Numbered from the stretch's first letter, positions 10,210 to 19,713 are shown. The stretch is DNA of 64,000 bases from Vicinamibacterales bacterium (GCA_965262505.1 CBDHFM010000030.1:779244-843243); one strand, 5' to 3'. Numbers and translations: made by a program. Notes: generated from the sequence alone by a model not told the origin.

Positions 10210-10291
10210 GTCAGGCTCCTCCTCGCTGGACTGACACGCCCACAGGCGTGCCGCTTCTTTCACGGCGTGGCCGTCTCATCCCGGATCGCGG

Positions 10292-11221
10292 CTACGCCTC
10301 GTCGGGCCGGGCCATGCGGTAGCCGACCCCGCGCTCGTTGACGATCCAGGTCGGTCGGTCGGCGTCGTCGCCGAGCCGGTGGCGCAGCCGCTTGACGTAA
10401 GCGCGCACGATTTTGGGGGTGGCTTTGCTGCGTCCGCGTCCGGCCCAGACCTGGCGCAGCAAGACCTCGTGGGTCAGGACCCGGCCGGCGCCCTGCGCGA
10501 GCACGCGCAGCAGCTCGTACTCGGTCGCCGTCAGCGTCACCGGGCGCCCGGCCACGCTGACCCGCCGCCGGTCGTAGTCGATGGCGAGGTCGCCGAGGAC
10601 GAAGGGGACGGGGTTCGCCCGCCGGCGCAGGGCCGCCCGGATGCGCGCCGTGAGTTCGGTCGGCGAGAACGGCTTGACTACATAGTCCTCGGCGCCGGCC
10701 TCCAGTGCCCGCGCGATGGTCTCGTCGCGCCCGTAGCCCGAGATGAAGATGACCGGCAGGTCGGCGAGTTCCGGCACGGTCTGCATCAGCTCGACGCCGT
10801 CGGTCCCGGGCAGCATCAGGTCGAGCAGGACCAGGTGGGGCTTTTCGGCCCGGATGAGGCGCGGCAGATCCCCGGGGTCGCCGGTGACCAGCGGGGCGTA
10901 GCCCGCCTCCGCCAGCGTGTCGCGGAGATGGCGCAGCGTCTCCGGGTCGTCGTCGACCACGAGGATGGGCACCGCGTCCGGGGCGTGGCCCGGCGGTCCG
11001 GGGCGGGCCGGGGCGGGACGGTCGCTGGCCGCCTCGGCCACCGGGATCGTGAAGGTGAAGCGCGCGCCGAAGCCGACGCCGCCGCTCTCGGCCCGGATGC
11101 GCCCACCCTGGGCCTCGACCAGGCCCTTGCAGATGGCGAGGCCCAGCCCGCTGCCGAGGCCGCCCTTCCGGTCCCCGGCGGTGGTGTATTTACGGAACAG
11201 CTGGCCGAGCTGGTCCGGCGC
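10292..11221 (-). pseudogene. 3' part of the hybrid kinase/response regulator, truncated by an IS903-like element
   Basis: Near-identical to 29609-30538; homology stops exactly at the IS end at 11222. Confidence 0.9.
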
Positions 11222-11669
11222 GGCGTTGTTGCACGAATCCTCACTGGCCCGCACGATGCCAACCGACAGGATTCTCACCTGCCGATGCGATACGACACTG
11301 GTCGGCCGAGGGCGGTCATCCGATTGAGGATCTCACAGCCGAGGACGGCCTCACTCCCCTGCCCAGCTGGACTCCGGGCACGAAGGGGCATTGTCAAGTT
11401 GAGGCTGGCGACCGCTTTTGATGCCCATCATGGCGGGTTCGCGACGGGCTGTAGCCCAGTATCTTGGGGGTCAATCGACGAGCCTTTCGTCAACTTGACA
11501 ATGCCCGAGCGCGCCAAGCCGCAGACTTGGCGGCCTGAACGACCGTCTTGACATATAGGGGCGTCAGTGCCCCTTCGACTGCATCCCCGTAGTGTGGCGC
11601 CTGCGGAGGGTCCCGAGAAGTGCGGGCCACGCCGCCACGCCCGTAGAGGGTCTTCATGCAACAACGCCG
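11222..11669 (-). mobile_element. Internally deleted IS903-like element retaining both ends
   Basis: IRs ggcgttgttgcacgaa (11222) and ttcatgcaacaacgcc (11654-11669); only the extreme 3' and 5' parts of the transposase remain. Confidence 0.85.
11386..11506. mobile_element. 121-bp MITE-like element with 17-bp perfect terminal IRs (IS6-like ends)
   Basis: gggcattgtcaagttga (11386-11402) and tcaacttgacaatgccc (11490-11506); no ORF; family assignment is from IR resemblance only. Confidence 0.55.
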
Positions 11670-12626
11670 CGATGCGCGGCGACGATGGCGAGATCACGAG
11701 CCCGCCTGTGACCGTCCCATAGTTCAGGTCCGGCCACGCGCGGTTAATTTTTTTCAGCTCGCGCAGACATTCAGAGCGGAAGCGGTTGACCGAGCTGTGT
11801 TTGTCGACCTTCGCCGGGTCCGCGCCGAACTGTTTGAAGAGCTGGCGCCAGGAGAGGCACAACGGCGTCTTGAGCGCGAACGTGCGATACGTGAGCCACA
11901 AATACAGGTCGAGGCCGAGGGGCGACCGCTTCACCGCCTTGAGGATGTGCAGGTCGATTGGCACCGGGTGCGCGATGATCTCGTTGAAGAATTCTTCCCC
12001 GAGCCGGATCGTGCTGTCCCACAGGACCGGCACATCGGGTCGTTTCATATCCCACCAGAACTCTGTTCGATCAGCCACGTATGAGCTTACGCTCGCGTTC
12101 CGCGCGCCGTCCGTATAGACCAGCGAGATCCCGCATCGAAAGAGCCGGCGCATTTGATTCTTGAGCCGCGTCCGCTCGCCGTGTGCGCCGCCGCTGCGAT
12201 CCTCCATGCCGAGCTTTCGCATGAACTCATACAACGACCGGCCGAGGACCAGCTCGCGGCGCTGCGTCCGCACCGCTTCGGTGCAGACCCATGCCAGCAG
12301 CAGACGTGGAATGTTGCCGTAGGGCAACTTCTCGTCACCACCGGCACTCATGATCAGCTTGTACGGGCCGTTGACGCGCTTGAATTGCAGGCGGTCGCCG
12401 GGGTTCGTACGCGGCAGGCTGCACAGCGCGAGCAGCCGCGCCATGAACCCAAGTCGGGCTCCGCTTCGCTGGCCTCGACGAGCTGATTGACCTGCTGCAG
12501 TGTCGTGAAGTGGTGCCGCGCCTGGGGCGCGGCGGGCGTCAGGGCTCGACCGCCGGGCAGTTCGACCGCCCCGGCCACGTCGCTGAGGGGCACGAACCCG
12601 CTGACTGGTCGAGAAGGGATGCTCAT
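11670..12626 (-). pseudogene. repA: Plasmid replication initiator RepA (RepA_C-like), frameshifted near 12448 and cut at the 3' end by IS
   Basis: One frame gives HHFTTLQQVNQLVEASEAEPDLG, the next FMARLLALCSLPRTNPG...KLPYGNIPRLLLAWVCTEAVRT...LDLYLWLTYR. Confidence 0.8.
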
Positions 12627-12754
12627 CGTTCAAAAACTACGATAAAACTTCCCGATCCACAGCACCGAGGCCTTTCCAGCATCTTTGGGGACGCTGGCCG
12701 CAGAGCGTGACGAGCCAGGAATAGATGCGCCTAACATATACATACTTGGCGTCG

Positions 12755-13072
12755 CTACCCGGCCCTGCGCAACGCGGCCGCCGTCTGCCAAAGATCCCAG
12801 TCGGCCTGGAGGCTCATCCAGAACTCCGGAGACATCTTGAACAACCGTGCGAGCCGGAGTGCGGTATCCGCTGTGATCCCACGCCGCCCGCGGACGATTT
12901 CATTCAAGCGGTTCAGCGGGATCTGCATGCGCCGGGCTGCCTCGACTTGCGTGAGGTTCGCCGGCCGGAGAAACTCCTCGCGCAGCATCTCCCCGGGCGA
13001 CGTCGGCGGGCGCTTCAGATCCAGCACAGACCGCGGCCCCTTAGTGGTAGTCCTCGCATGTGACCGCATCAA
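12755..13072 (-). CDS. higA: HigA-family antitoxin (HTH)
   Basis: PTSPGEMLREEFL...EIVRGRRGITADTALRLARLFKMSPEFWMSLQ; the true start may be downstream of 13072. Confidence 0.9.
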   Translation of the reverse strand: MMRSHARTTTKGPRSVLDLKRPPTSPGEMLREEFLRPANLTQVEAARRMQIPLNRLNEIVRGRRGITADTALRLARLFKMSPEFWMSLQADWDLWQTAAALRRAG

Positions 13073-13331
13073 CAGAGCCTCCCTCGAATTGAAACGTGAT
13101 CCGATACTGCTCGTTCACCCTCACGCTATAGCACCCGCTCCGATCGCCCTTCAACGCCTCTAAACGATTGCCCGCGGGGAGCCGCAGATCCTGGATCGCC
13201 CGTGCGCGGTGCAGCGCGTCCAGTTTTCGCCGGATCACAGGCCACAACGGCTTCGGCAACCGGCGGACGCTTTTCGTATCGCGGCCATAGTAGACATCGG
13301 CCGTCCCCGCGTCGGCGAACGACCGGATCAC
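13041..13331 (-). CDS. higB: HigB (RelE-superfamily) toxin
   Basis: MIRSF...RRKLDALH...PAGNRLEALKGDRSGCYSVRVNEQYRITFQF; toxin-first order with higA. Confidence 0.9.
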   Translation of the reverse strand: MIRSFADAGTADVYYGRDTKSVRRLPKPLWPVIRRKLDALHRARAIQDLRLPAGNRLEALKGDRSGCYSVRVNEQYRITFQFEGGSVDAVTCEDYH

Positions 13332-13344
13332 GACACTACATTAC

Positions 13345-13363
13345 ATGATTAACGGTTAATCAT
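13345..13363. promoter_or_regulatory. Probable HigA operator
   Basis: Perfect 9-bp inverted repeat ATGATTAAC-G-GTTAATCAT 14 bp upstream of the higB GTG. Confidence 0.7.
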
Positions 13364-13700
13364 CAATTCTGATGGTGTCGGGTAGGATGACGCGCGCACG
13401 ATCGCCAAACGCCTTTCGACCGCCCCGGCCCACGTCAACGACCGACGAGTACGGCGTTCAGCGGAGCCGTTAGGCGCCTCCATCAGCGTTGCTCGCCCCG
13501 CGTGCCGGCGACGACGGCGCCCGTGCCACGTAGGGAAACCACCTGCTCGATTTCGGCGATCACCGCGTCGTTTTGCCTCCCCTCCTCATCCACCGGAATT
13601 GGCTGTTTCGCACAAGAAATTATTTACATAATTTCACACTTACGAAAATGTAGAATTACTCAATTGTGTAATCCTGAAATTCTGCTATCCTCTGAGCCAC

Positions 13701-13955
13701 GTGATTATCACCGTCGCCAGCTTTAAGGGCGGGGTTGCCAAGACGACAACCGCCGTTCACCTCGCCGCCTACCTTCAACGGCTTGCACCAACGCTGTTAC
13801 TCGACGGCGACCCGAACCGTCAGGCCCTTGTCTGGAACACCGCAGGACGGATGCCCTTCAAGGTGGCCGACATCCTCCAAAGCGCGAAACACGCCGCCGA
13901 CTATGGCGTGGGGCGCGGCCACATCGTCATAGACACCGAAGCCCGCCCCGGCCCA
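13701..13955 (+). pseudogene. Truncated parA copy created by the duplication
   Basis: Same N-terminus as 14225-14830 up to EARPGP, then reads into duplicated upstream DNA. Confidence 0.9.
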
Positions 13956-14139
13956 CGTCAACGACCGACGAGTACGGCGTTCAGCGGAGCCGTTAGGCGC
14001 CTCCATCAGCATTGCTCGCCCCGCGTGCCGGCGACGACGGCGCCCGTGCCACGTAGGGAAACCACCTGCTCGATTTCGGCGATCACCGCGTCGTTTTGCC
14101 TCCCCTCTTCATCCACCGGAATTGGCTGTTTCGCACAAT

Positions 14140-14205
14140 GGAATTATTTACATAATTTCACACTTACGAAAATGTAGAATTACTCAATTGTGTAATCCTG
14201 AAATT
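14140..14205. promoter_or_regulatory. AT-rich parA promoter/centromere-like tract
   Basis: Short TTAC/GTAAT/AATT repeats including aattgtgtaat, which recurs after the operon. Confidence 0.5.
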
Positions 14206-14224
14206 CTGCTATCCTCTGAGCCAC

Positions 14225-14830
14225 GTGATTATCACCGTCGCCAGCTTTAAGGGCGGGGTTGCCAAGACGACAACCGCCGTTCACCTCGCCGCCTACCTTC
14301 AACGGCTTGCACCAACGCTGTTACTCGACGGCGACCCGAACCGTCAGGCCCTTGTCTGGAACACCGCAGGACGGATGCCCTTCAAGGTGGCCGACATCCT
14401 CCAAAGCGCGAAACACGCCGCCGACTATGGCGTGGGGCGCGGCCACATCGTCATAGACACCGAAGCCCGCCCCGGCCCAGACGACTTCAAGGCCCTGGCC
14501 GAGGGCTGCGATCTGCTGGTGATTCCAGCGGTCCCCGATCCGCTCGATACCTACGCGCTCATGCTCACCCTCAAGGAACTGCGGAAGGTGGGCGCGGTCA
14601 ATTTAAGGGTCTTGGTCGTGAAGGTTCCCACCGGCGAGAAGGAAGCCGAAGAACTCCGAGCGCAGCTCATCTCCGCCGCCGTGCCCGTGTTCACTGCTGA
14701 AATCCCGATTCTCAAGGCGTTCAAGCGGGCCGTGGCGCAGGGCGTCCCCGTCTATGCCGTGAAGGGCGATCCCTACGCAGAGCGGGCATGGGAAGCGTAT
14801 GAGGCCGCAGGCCGGGAGATTGTCCAGTGA
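14225..14830 (+). CDS. parA: Short type Ib ParA ATPase
   Basis: KGGVAKTT deviant Walker A, LLDGDPN, IVIDT; 201 aa with no N-terminal HTH. Confidence 0.9.
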   Translation: MIITVASFKGGVAKTTTAVHLAAYLQRLAPTLLLDGDPNRQALVWNTAGRMPFKVADILQSAKHAADYGVGRGHIVIDTEARPGPDDFKALAEGCDLLVIPAVPDPLDTYALMLTLKELRKVGAVNLRVLVVKVPTGEKEAEELRAQLISAAVPVFTAEIPILKAFKRAVAQGVPVYAVKGDPYAERAWEAYEAAGREIVQ

Positions 14831-15153
14831 GTACGTTTCGCCGTAGCACAGGCATTGCCGACGCCCTCAAGGGCCTACGTGACCCTGAGCCGCCGCCCGC
14901 CGTGGAAGAGCAGGGCAGCGAAGAATCGCCGCCGAAGCCAGCGCCGCGCTTGGTCTCCCAACCGGGTGAAAAACGCGGCCCCGGACGACCGATCGGGAAG
15001 CGAGGAAACCCAGACTACAAGCAATACACCGTCTTGCTGAAAGCCGTCACGCACCGTAAAGCCCTCGATCATTTACGCCTGAAAAGCGACCGGCCTGATT
15101 TTTCCGATTTGCTCGAAACGCTGCTCGCCGCATGGAACCGCAAGCAAAAGTGA
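14827..15153 (+). CDS. Small ParA partner (ParG/ParB-like, probable ribbon-helix-helix)
   Basis: Overlaps the parA stop (GTGA); disordered N-terminus, then GRPIGKRGNPDYKQYTVLL...DFSDLLETLLAAW. Confidence 0.7.
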   Translation: MSTFRRSTGIADALKGLRDPEPPPAVEEQGSEESPPKPAPRLVSQPGEKRGPGRPIGKRGNPDYKQYTVLLKAVTHRKALDHLRLKSDRPDFSDLLETLLAAWNRKQK

Positions 15154-15200
15154 AGTTTTAAAATTATGAAATGTTATAATTGTGTAATTTTACAATTAGT
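15152..15200. promoter_or_regulatory. AT-rich centromere-like tract downstream of the par operon
   Basis: aagttttaaaattatgaaatgttataattgtgtaattttacaatta in a very GC-rich context. Confidence 0.5.
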
Positions 15201-15224
15201 ATCTTACAGAGTGGCGCCGCGTTT

Positions 15225-15327
15225 CCCGGCCCGCGCCCTGCGCGAGCACGCGCAGCAGCTCGTACTCGGTCGCCGTCAGCGTCACCGGGCGCCCGGCCAC
15301 GCTGACCCGCCGCCGGTCGTAGTCGAT
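15225..15327 (-). pseudogene. About 100-bp fragment of the regulator wHTH domain
   Basis: IDYDRRRVSVAGRPVTLTATEYELLRVLAQGAGR, identical in translation to copy 1. Confidence 0.9.
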
Positions 15328-15502
15328 CTTCGTTGAGCGGTCATCCATAGCCCTCTGCCCTCCGTCGTCCCACGAGTGTAGCCGGGGTTGACGCTCCGGC
15401 CTTCGTTGAGCGCACCTGATCACGATCACCAAAGAATCACGAGACGACGTGTCTTCGGCCCCCGCTGGTGTCTGGCGCCGCGGCACTGGCACACGCGCTC
15501 GA

Positions 15503-15613
15503 CGTATGCAAGACATAGAATCAGACACGGGATACGACACACGGCGGCGCGCGCCGGAAGGCGTCCTTGTCCGTGTGTCGCAAACGGCCGTTTACGACAC
15601 ATGCTGATCGGCT
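15503..15613 (+). repeat. res site + truncated TniR-like start, copy 3
   Basis: Shares the upstream cgtatgcaagacatagaatc...gggatacgacacacg tract with copy 1; palindrome at 15576-15599; ATGCTGATCGGCT then breaks. Confidence 0.85.
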
Positions 15614-15710
15614 GGGAACTGGACGAACGTGCGACGAAGCAATCTGGCCATGCGGAGCGGGGATGGGTGTACAAGGGACCTGATTCAGGCGGCCAAAATG
15701 GAAATCTCGG
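15614..15710 (+). mobile_element. Solitary IS1380-type right-end remnant
   Basis: gtacaagggacctgattcaggcggccaaaatggaaatctcgg aligns with the IS1380 right end at 50105-50146 (gtataagcggtccatcttgggcgggcaaaacggaaatcccgg). Confidence 0.6.
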
Positions 15711-15722
15711 CATAATGGATGG

Positions 15723-18164
15723 ATGCGTCCCAGTAGCCTGACGAGGTCCTTCATACTGGGCGTTCTGATCATTCTCCTGTCCCTCCAGGCGCTGGCCCTG
15801 GCGCAGGAGGGTGCCGCCACCGTCTCCGGGCGCATTCTGGACGCCGCGGACGGTGCTCCGGTCGGCTTCGTATCCGTTGTCGTCCAGGATGCCGACTCCG
15901 GAGCGCAGCTCACCGGCACGCTCGCCGGTGAGGATGGCCGTTTCGTCATCCAGGGTCTTCCACCGGCCACCTACACCGTTGCCACATCGTTCCCTGGCTA
16001 CTACCCGGTGGCGGTCACGCTCTTCGTCGGGGAGCTCAACCGGATCTTCGATCTTGGTGACATCCGGTTGGACCGTCTCGAGACGTTCGCCGAAGAGGTG
16101 ACCGTCACGGCAGAGGCGATTCGAGCCGCTGGCATCGACACGCAGGTCTTCCGTTTGGACGAGGGTGCCGCGCAGACCACCGGTTCCCTGCTGGACGCCA
16201 TGCGAAACCTACCGAGTGTCACCGTGGACCAGGACGGCGTGGTCTCGCTACGTGGCAGTGATCGGGTGGCGATCCTCATCGATGGGCGTCAGTCAAGCCT
16301 GACCGGGTTCGGCAATCAACGTGGACTTGACAGCGTCTCGGCAGCGAACATCGAGGCAATCGAGATCATCAACAATCCGTCGGCGCGTTTCGATGCCGCC
16401 GGGATGGCCGGGATCATCAACATCATCTACCGACAGGAACAGGAACTGGGGCTGTCTGGCGACGTGGGCTTGTCGCTGGGCCTGGGACAGTTGTCGAAGC
16501 GGAAGGACGACCTGCCGACCGAACTCGGGAGCTACGCGAACAACCCGAAGGGCACTCCGAGCCTGAACCTGAACTACAACACGGGGACGGTCCGCACCTT
16601 CCTGCAGGGCGAGCTGCTCTTGCAGGACGACCTGCCGAACAACGAGTTCACCACGCGGTTCTACGACGACGGTCGCGTCATCGAGTCGCAGGTGCCGGAG
16701 AACAGGGAGCAGTCGCACTACGTCGTCCGCGCCGGGTCCGACTGGACGCTGGACGCCTCGAACGTACTGTCGGTATCTGGCGTCTACGACTTCGAAACCC
16801 ACACCGACCGCGCGCAGGTGCCGTTCATCCTGCGATCGACCGGTGAGCGCGAGCGCTTCTGGTTCTGGAGGGAGAAGGAGGATACCGGCTTCGCCAACAT
16901 CAGCGTCGACTGGAAGCAGCAGTTCACCGCGCCAGGTCACGAAATGGGTGTCAACCTGCAATACACGCGAGGCTGGGAGGACGAAGCCTACTTCCTCAAC
17001 GAGGAGTCGCGAGTCCGCGAGGGCACGGACATGACGCACCTGATCGCCGAAGAGAACACGGTTCCCTTGAGCATCGACTATGTGCGTCCGTTGAGCACCG
17101 GGCGTCTGGAGTTCGGGACGCGGCTGCAGCGTCGCTGGATCCCGGTCACCTACACGGTGGATCGCGGCGTCCAGAGCGTCATCTACGAAGGTCTCGGCGA
17201 TGCGTCGGAATGGAATGAAGACATCGTTGCGCTGTACGGCAATCTCGTCCGAGAGCGGGCCGGCTATTCGATCGAAGCGGGCGTCCGCGTCGAGCAGACG
17301 AACGTGTCGTACACCATTCCCACCGAGAACCTGTACTACACGGGGAGCGACCGGCACGACTACTTCGAAGTGTTTCCGAATCTGCGGCTGACGTGCCGCC
17401 TGAACGCGACCAATCGCGTGATCGCCGCCTACAATCGGCGAGTCGACCGCCCGGGCGAGGCCGAGCTGCGCATCTTTCCGAAATATGACGACCCGGAACT
17501 GCTAAAGGTCGGCAATCCGTTCCTGCGGCCGCAGTTCACGCACGCGGGGGAAGTCGGGTACGGACGCTCGTGGACGAGCGGCTCGGTAAGCGCCGCTCTG
17601 TATGCACGCCAGATTTCGGACTCGTTCTTCCGCGTCTTTGCCATCGACAATTCCAACGCGAACTACGACGTGGTGAACCGGGTCTACGAAAACGCCGGCG
17701 ATTCGGCGCAGCGCGGGATCGAGATTCTCTTTGATCAGGATATCGCCGCCCCCTGGGAGGTGTCCGGTAGCCTCAACTGGTACAGGAACGCGATCGACGC
17801 GTTCGAGACGACGCTCCGGTTTCCGACGCCGCGCCCATTCGTACTGGATGCCTCGACCGATGACACCTGGGACCTGACGGTCAACAACCGGGTGCAGGCG
17901 CCGGGTGGCGTCGAGTTGCAGCTGAGCTACATCTACTACGGGGCCCGCAATGTGCCCCAGGGCCGCGAGCGCGCCCGGTCGTCGTTCGACGCCGCGATCC
18001 AGCGCCCGATCATGGGCGATCGCGCTGAGCTGGTGTTCACGCTCACCGACGTGTTCAACAATTTCGCGGTCGAGCACGAAGTTGACGGCCAGGGGTTCAC
18101 GGCCCTCTACCAGAACCTGCTGGAGACGCAGGTCGCCACCGTGGGCGTGCGCTATCGGTTCTAA
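15723..18164 (+). CDS. TonB-dependent receptor/outer-membrane beta-barrel protein with N-terminal carboxypeptidase-regulatory-like domain
   Basis: Signal peptide ending ALA-Q, plug motif IEIINNPSARFDAAGMAGIINI, C-terminal RYRF. Confidence 0.88.
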   Translation: MRPSSLTRSFILGVLIILLSLQALALAQEGAATVSGRILDAADGAPVGFVSVVVQDADSGAQLTGTLAGEDGRFVIQGLPPATYTVATSFPGYYPVAVTLFVGELNRIFDLGDIRLDRLETFAEEVTVTAEAIRAAGIDTQVFRLDEGAAQTTGSLLDAMRNLPSVTVDQDGVVSLRGSDRVAILIDGRQSSLTGFGNQRGLDSVSAANIEAIEIINNPSARFDAAGMAGIINIIYRQEQELGLSGDVGLSLGLGQLSKRKDDLPTELGSYANNPKGTPSLNLNYNTGTVRTFLQGELLLQDDLPNNEFTTRFYDDGRVIESQVPENREQSHYVVRAGSDWTLDASNVLSVSGVYDFETHTDRAQVPFILRSTGERERFWFWREKEDTGFANISVDWKQQFTAPGHEMGVNLQYTRGWEDEAYFLNEESRVREGTDMTHLIAEENTVPLSIDYVRPLSTGRLEFGTRLQRRWIPVTYTVDRGVQSVIYEGLGDASEWNEDIVALYGNLVRERAGYSIEAGVRVEQTNVSYTIPTENLYYTGSDRHDYFEVFPNLRLTCRLNATNRVIAAYNRRVDRPGEAELRIFPKYDDPELLKVGNPFLRPQFTHAGEVGYGRSWTSGSVSAALYARQISDSFFRVFAIDNSNANYDVVNRVYENAGDSAQRGIEILFDQDIAAPWEVSGSLNWYRNAIDAFETTLRFPTPRPFVLDASTDDTWDLTVNNRVQAPGGVELQLSYIYYGARNVPQGRERARSSFDAAIQRPIMGDRAELVFTLTDVFNNFAVEHEVDGQGFTALYQNLLETQVATVGVRYRF

Positions 18165-19187
18165 AGCGTTTTTCATGACCGTGTGGCGGCCGCGTACCCG
18201 CAGTGCCGAACATAGTTGCGGCATTCGTCAGGGCTGAAGTGCGCCAAGCACTCGCCGAGGAACGGCCAGAGCGTCTCGGTGCTGCGACAGCGAGCGGTGC
18301 GAACGAGGGCCTTGAGCTTCGCGAAGCAGAGCTCGATGGGATTGAGGTCCGGGCTGTAGGGTGGCAAGTACCAGAGGGTGGCCCCGGCGGCCTGGATGGC
18401 GCGTTGGATGCCGGCGACCTTGTGGGCCCCGAGATTGTCGGCAATGACGATGTCGCCGGGCTGCAGGGTCGGCACCAGGATCTGTTCGATGTAGGCGCGG
18501 AAGCTCTCGCCATCGATCGCGCCGTCGAAGACCCCCGGTGCGGTCAGCCCCGTGACCCGCAACGCGGCGAGAAACGTGCTGGCCTGCCAGCGCCCGCAGG
18601 GGGCGTGGTCGTGGACGCGCGCGCCGCGCGGTGCCCGGCCGTACCGCCGAAGCAGATTGGTGGTGATGCCGGTTTCGTCCAGAAACACGAGGTGGGCGAC
18701 ATCCCAGGTCGGCGCCGCCGCGTGCCACGCGACCCGCGCGGCCGCGACGTCAGGCCGATCGTGTTCGGACGGGCGGACCGTGTTTTTTAACGGTCAGGCC
18801 GAGGGCCCGCACGGCGCGCCAGACCGTCGGCACACTCGCGGGCGTGGCGAGGGCGTCCTTCAGCTCAGCCAGCGTGCGATCCGGGTGCGCCGCAATCAGC
18901 GCGGCCAAGGTGTGTAGGTGCGGCTCAAGCATGCCGCGCCGTCCATGTCGCTGGACGCGAGGCGCCACCTCGCCCGTGTCGCGCCGCCGCTGTTTCAGTA
19001 GCCGCACCCACGACCCGCTCACGCGGTACTTCGCCGCCACCTCGGCCGCCGTCATCCCGGCATCGCTGTCGAGGAGCGCCCGCTCTCGCAGATCCATCGA
19101 ATAGGCACGCATCGGGCCTCCTGCATCGGTGCGCGCAGAAGTACCACGACCGCCCCAGGTAGTACAAGGCCTATTTGAAAAGCGCTT
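18164..19187 (-). mobile_element. IS630-family element, copy 1 (two ORFs, frameshift at A6)
   Basis: orfA MRAYSMDLRER (18750-19112), orfB FLDETG...DNLGAHK...LPPYSPDLNPIE (18173-18688), 12-bp IRs, TA flanks at 18162-3 and 19188-9. Confidence 0.93.
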
Positions 19188-19448
19188 TAGGCGAGCAGGT
19201 TTTCTAACGGTGGTTCATTCTGCGAGCATCCAGCCGTGCTGAGCATCGAGAGACTGAGGGCGGCGACTGCGACGGTGATGCACACGGCGGGGCAACTCAT
19301 GCGTCCCGTCAGTCGATGAAGCGGAGGGGCGAGTTCACGAACTGTCTGTCTTTCAGGGATTACCGACCCTTATAGGGTAGCCGTCCTATATCCCGGCCGC
19401 AGTTCACCGCGCGCTGGTAGGCACCTGCACCGCCTCGGTCCTCGCCCG

Positions 19449-19490
19449 TGTGTCGCAAACGACCGTTTACGACACATGCGGATCGGCTAC
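19449..19490 (+). repeat. res palindrome + truncated TniR-like start, copy 4
   Basis: Palindrome at 19451-19474; ATGCGGATCGGCTAC then breaks. Confidence 0.8.
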
Positions 19491-19612
19491 AGCGGTCGTT
19501 CTGGTCGGCTGGGTGTTCCGCAGTGGCCGCGCCGCTTGGTCTGGCGTCCGATAACCTGCGCGCCGGCATCGCGGCTGCGTGCGCTCGGCCCGCACCCAGG
19601 GGTGCCTGGGCC

Positions 19613-19693
19613 GCGTCGTCGTCGTCGAGCCGGTTGCGCAGCCGCTTGACGTAGGCGCGCACGATCTTGTGGGTTGCCGTGGACGCGTCCTGC
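19613..19693 (-). pseudogene. Diverged fragment of the regulator wHTH 3' end
   Basis: ATHKIVRAYVKRLRNRLDDDDA versus ATPKIVRAYVKRLRHRLGDDA in the intact gene. Confidence 0.8.
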
Positions 19694-19713
19694 CAAGACA
19701 TTATGAAGTAGTA

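Larger units (their letters stand above)
13420..14466 (+). repeat. Tandem duplication (523 + 524 bp) of the parA promoter and 5' end
   Basis: Units 13420-13942 and 13943-14466; the 13-mer ccgccccggccca sits at 13420, 13943 and 14467; the copies differ by a few substitutions and a 1-nt indel. Confidence 0.92.
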
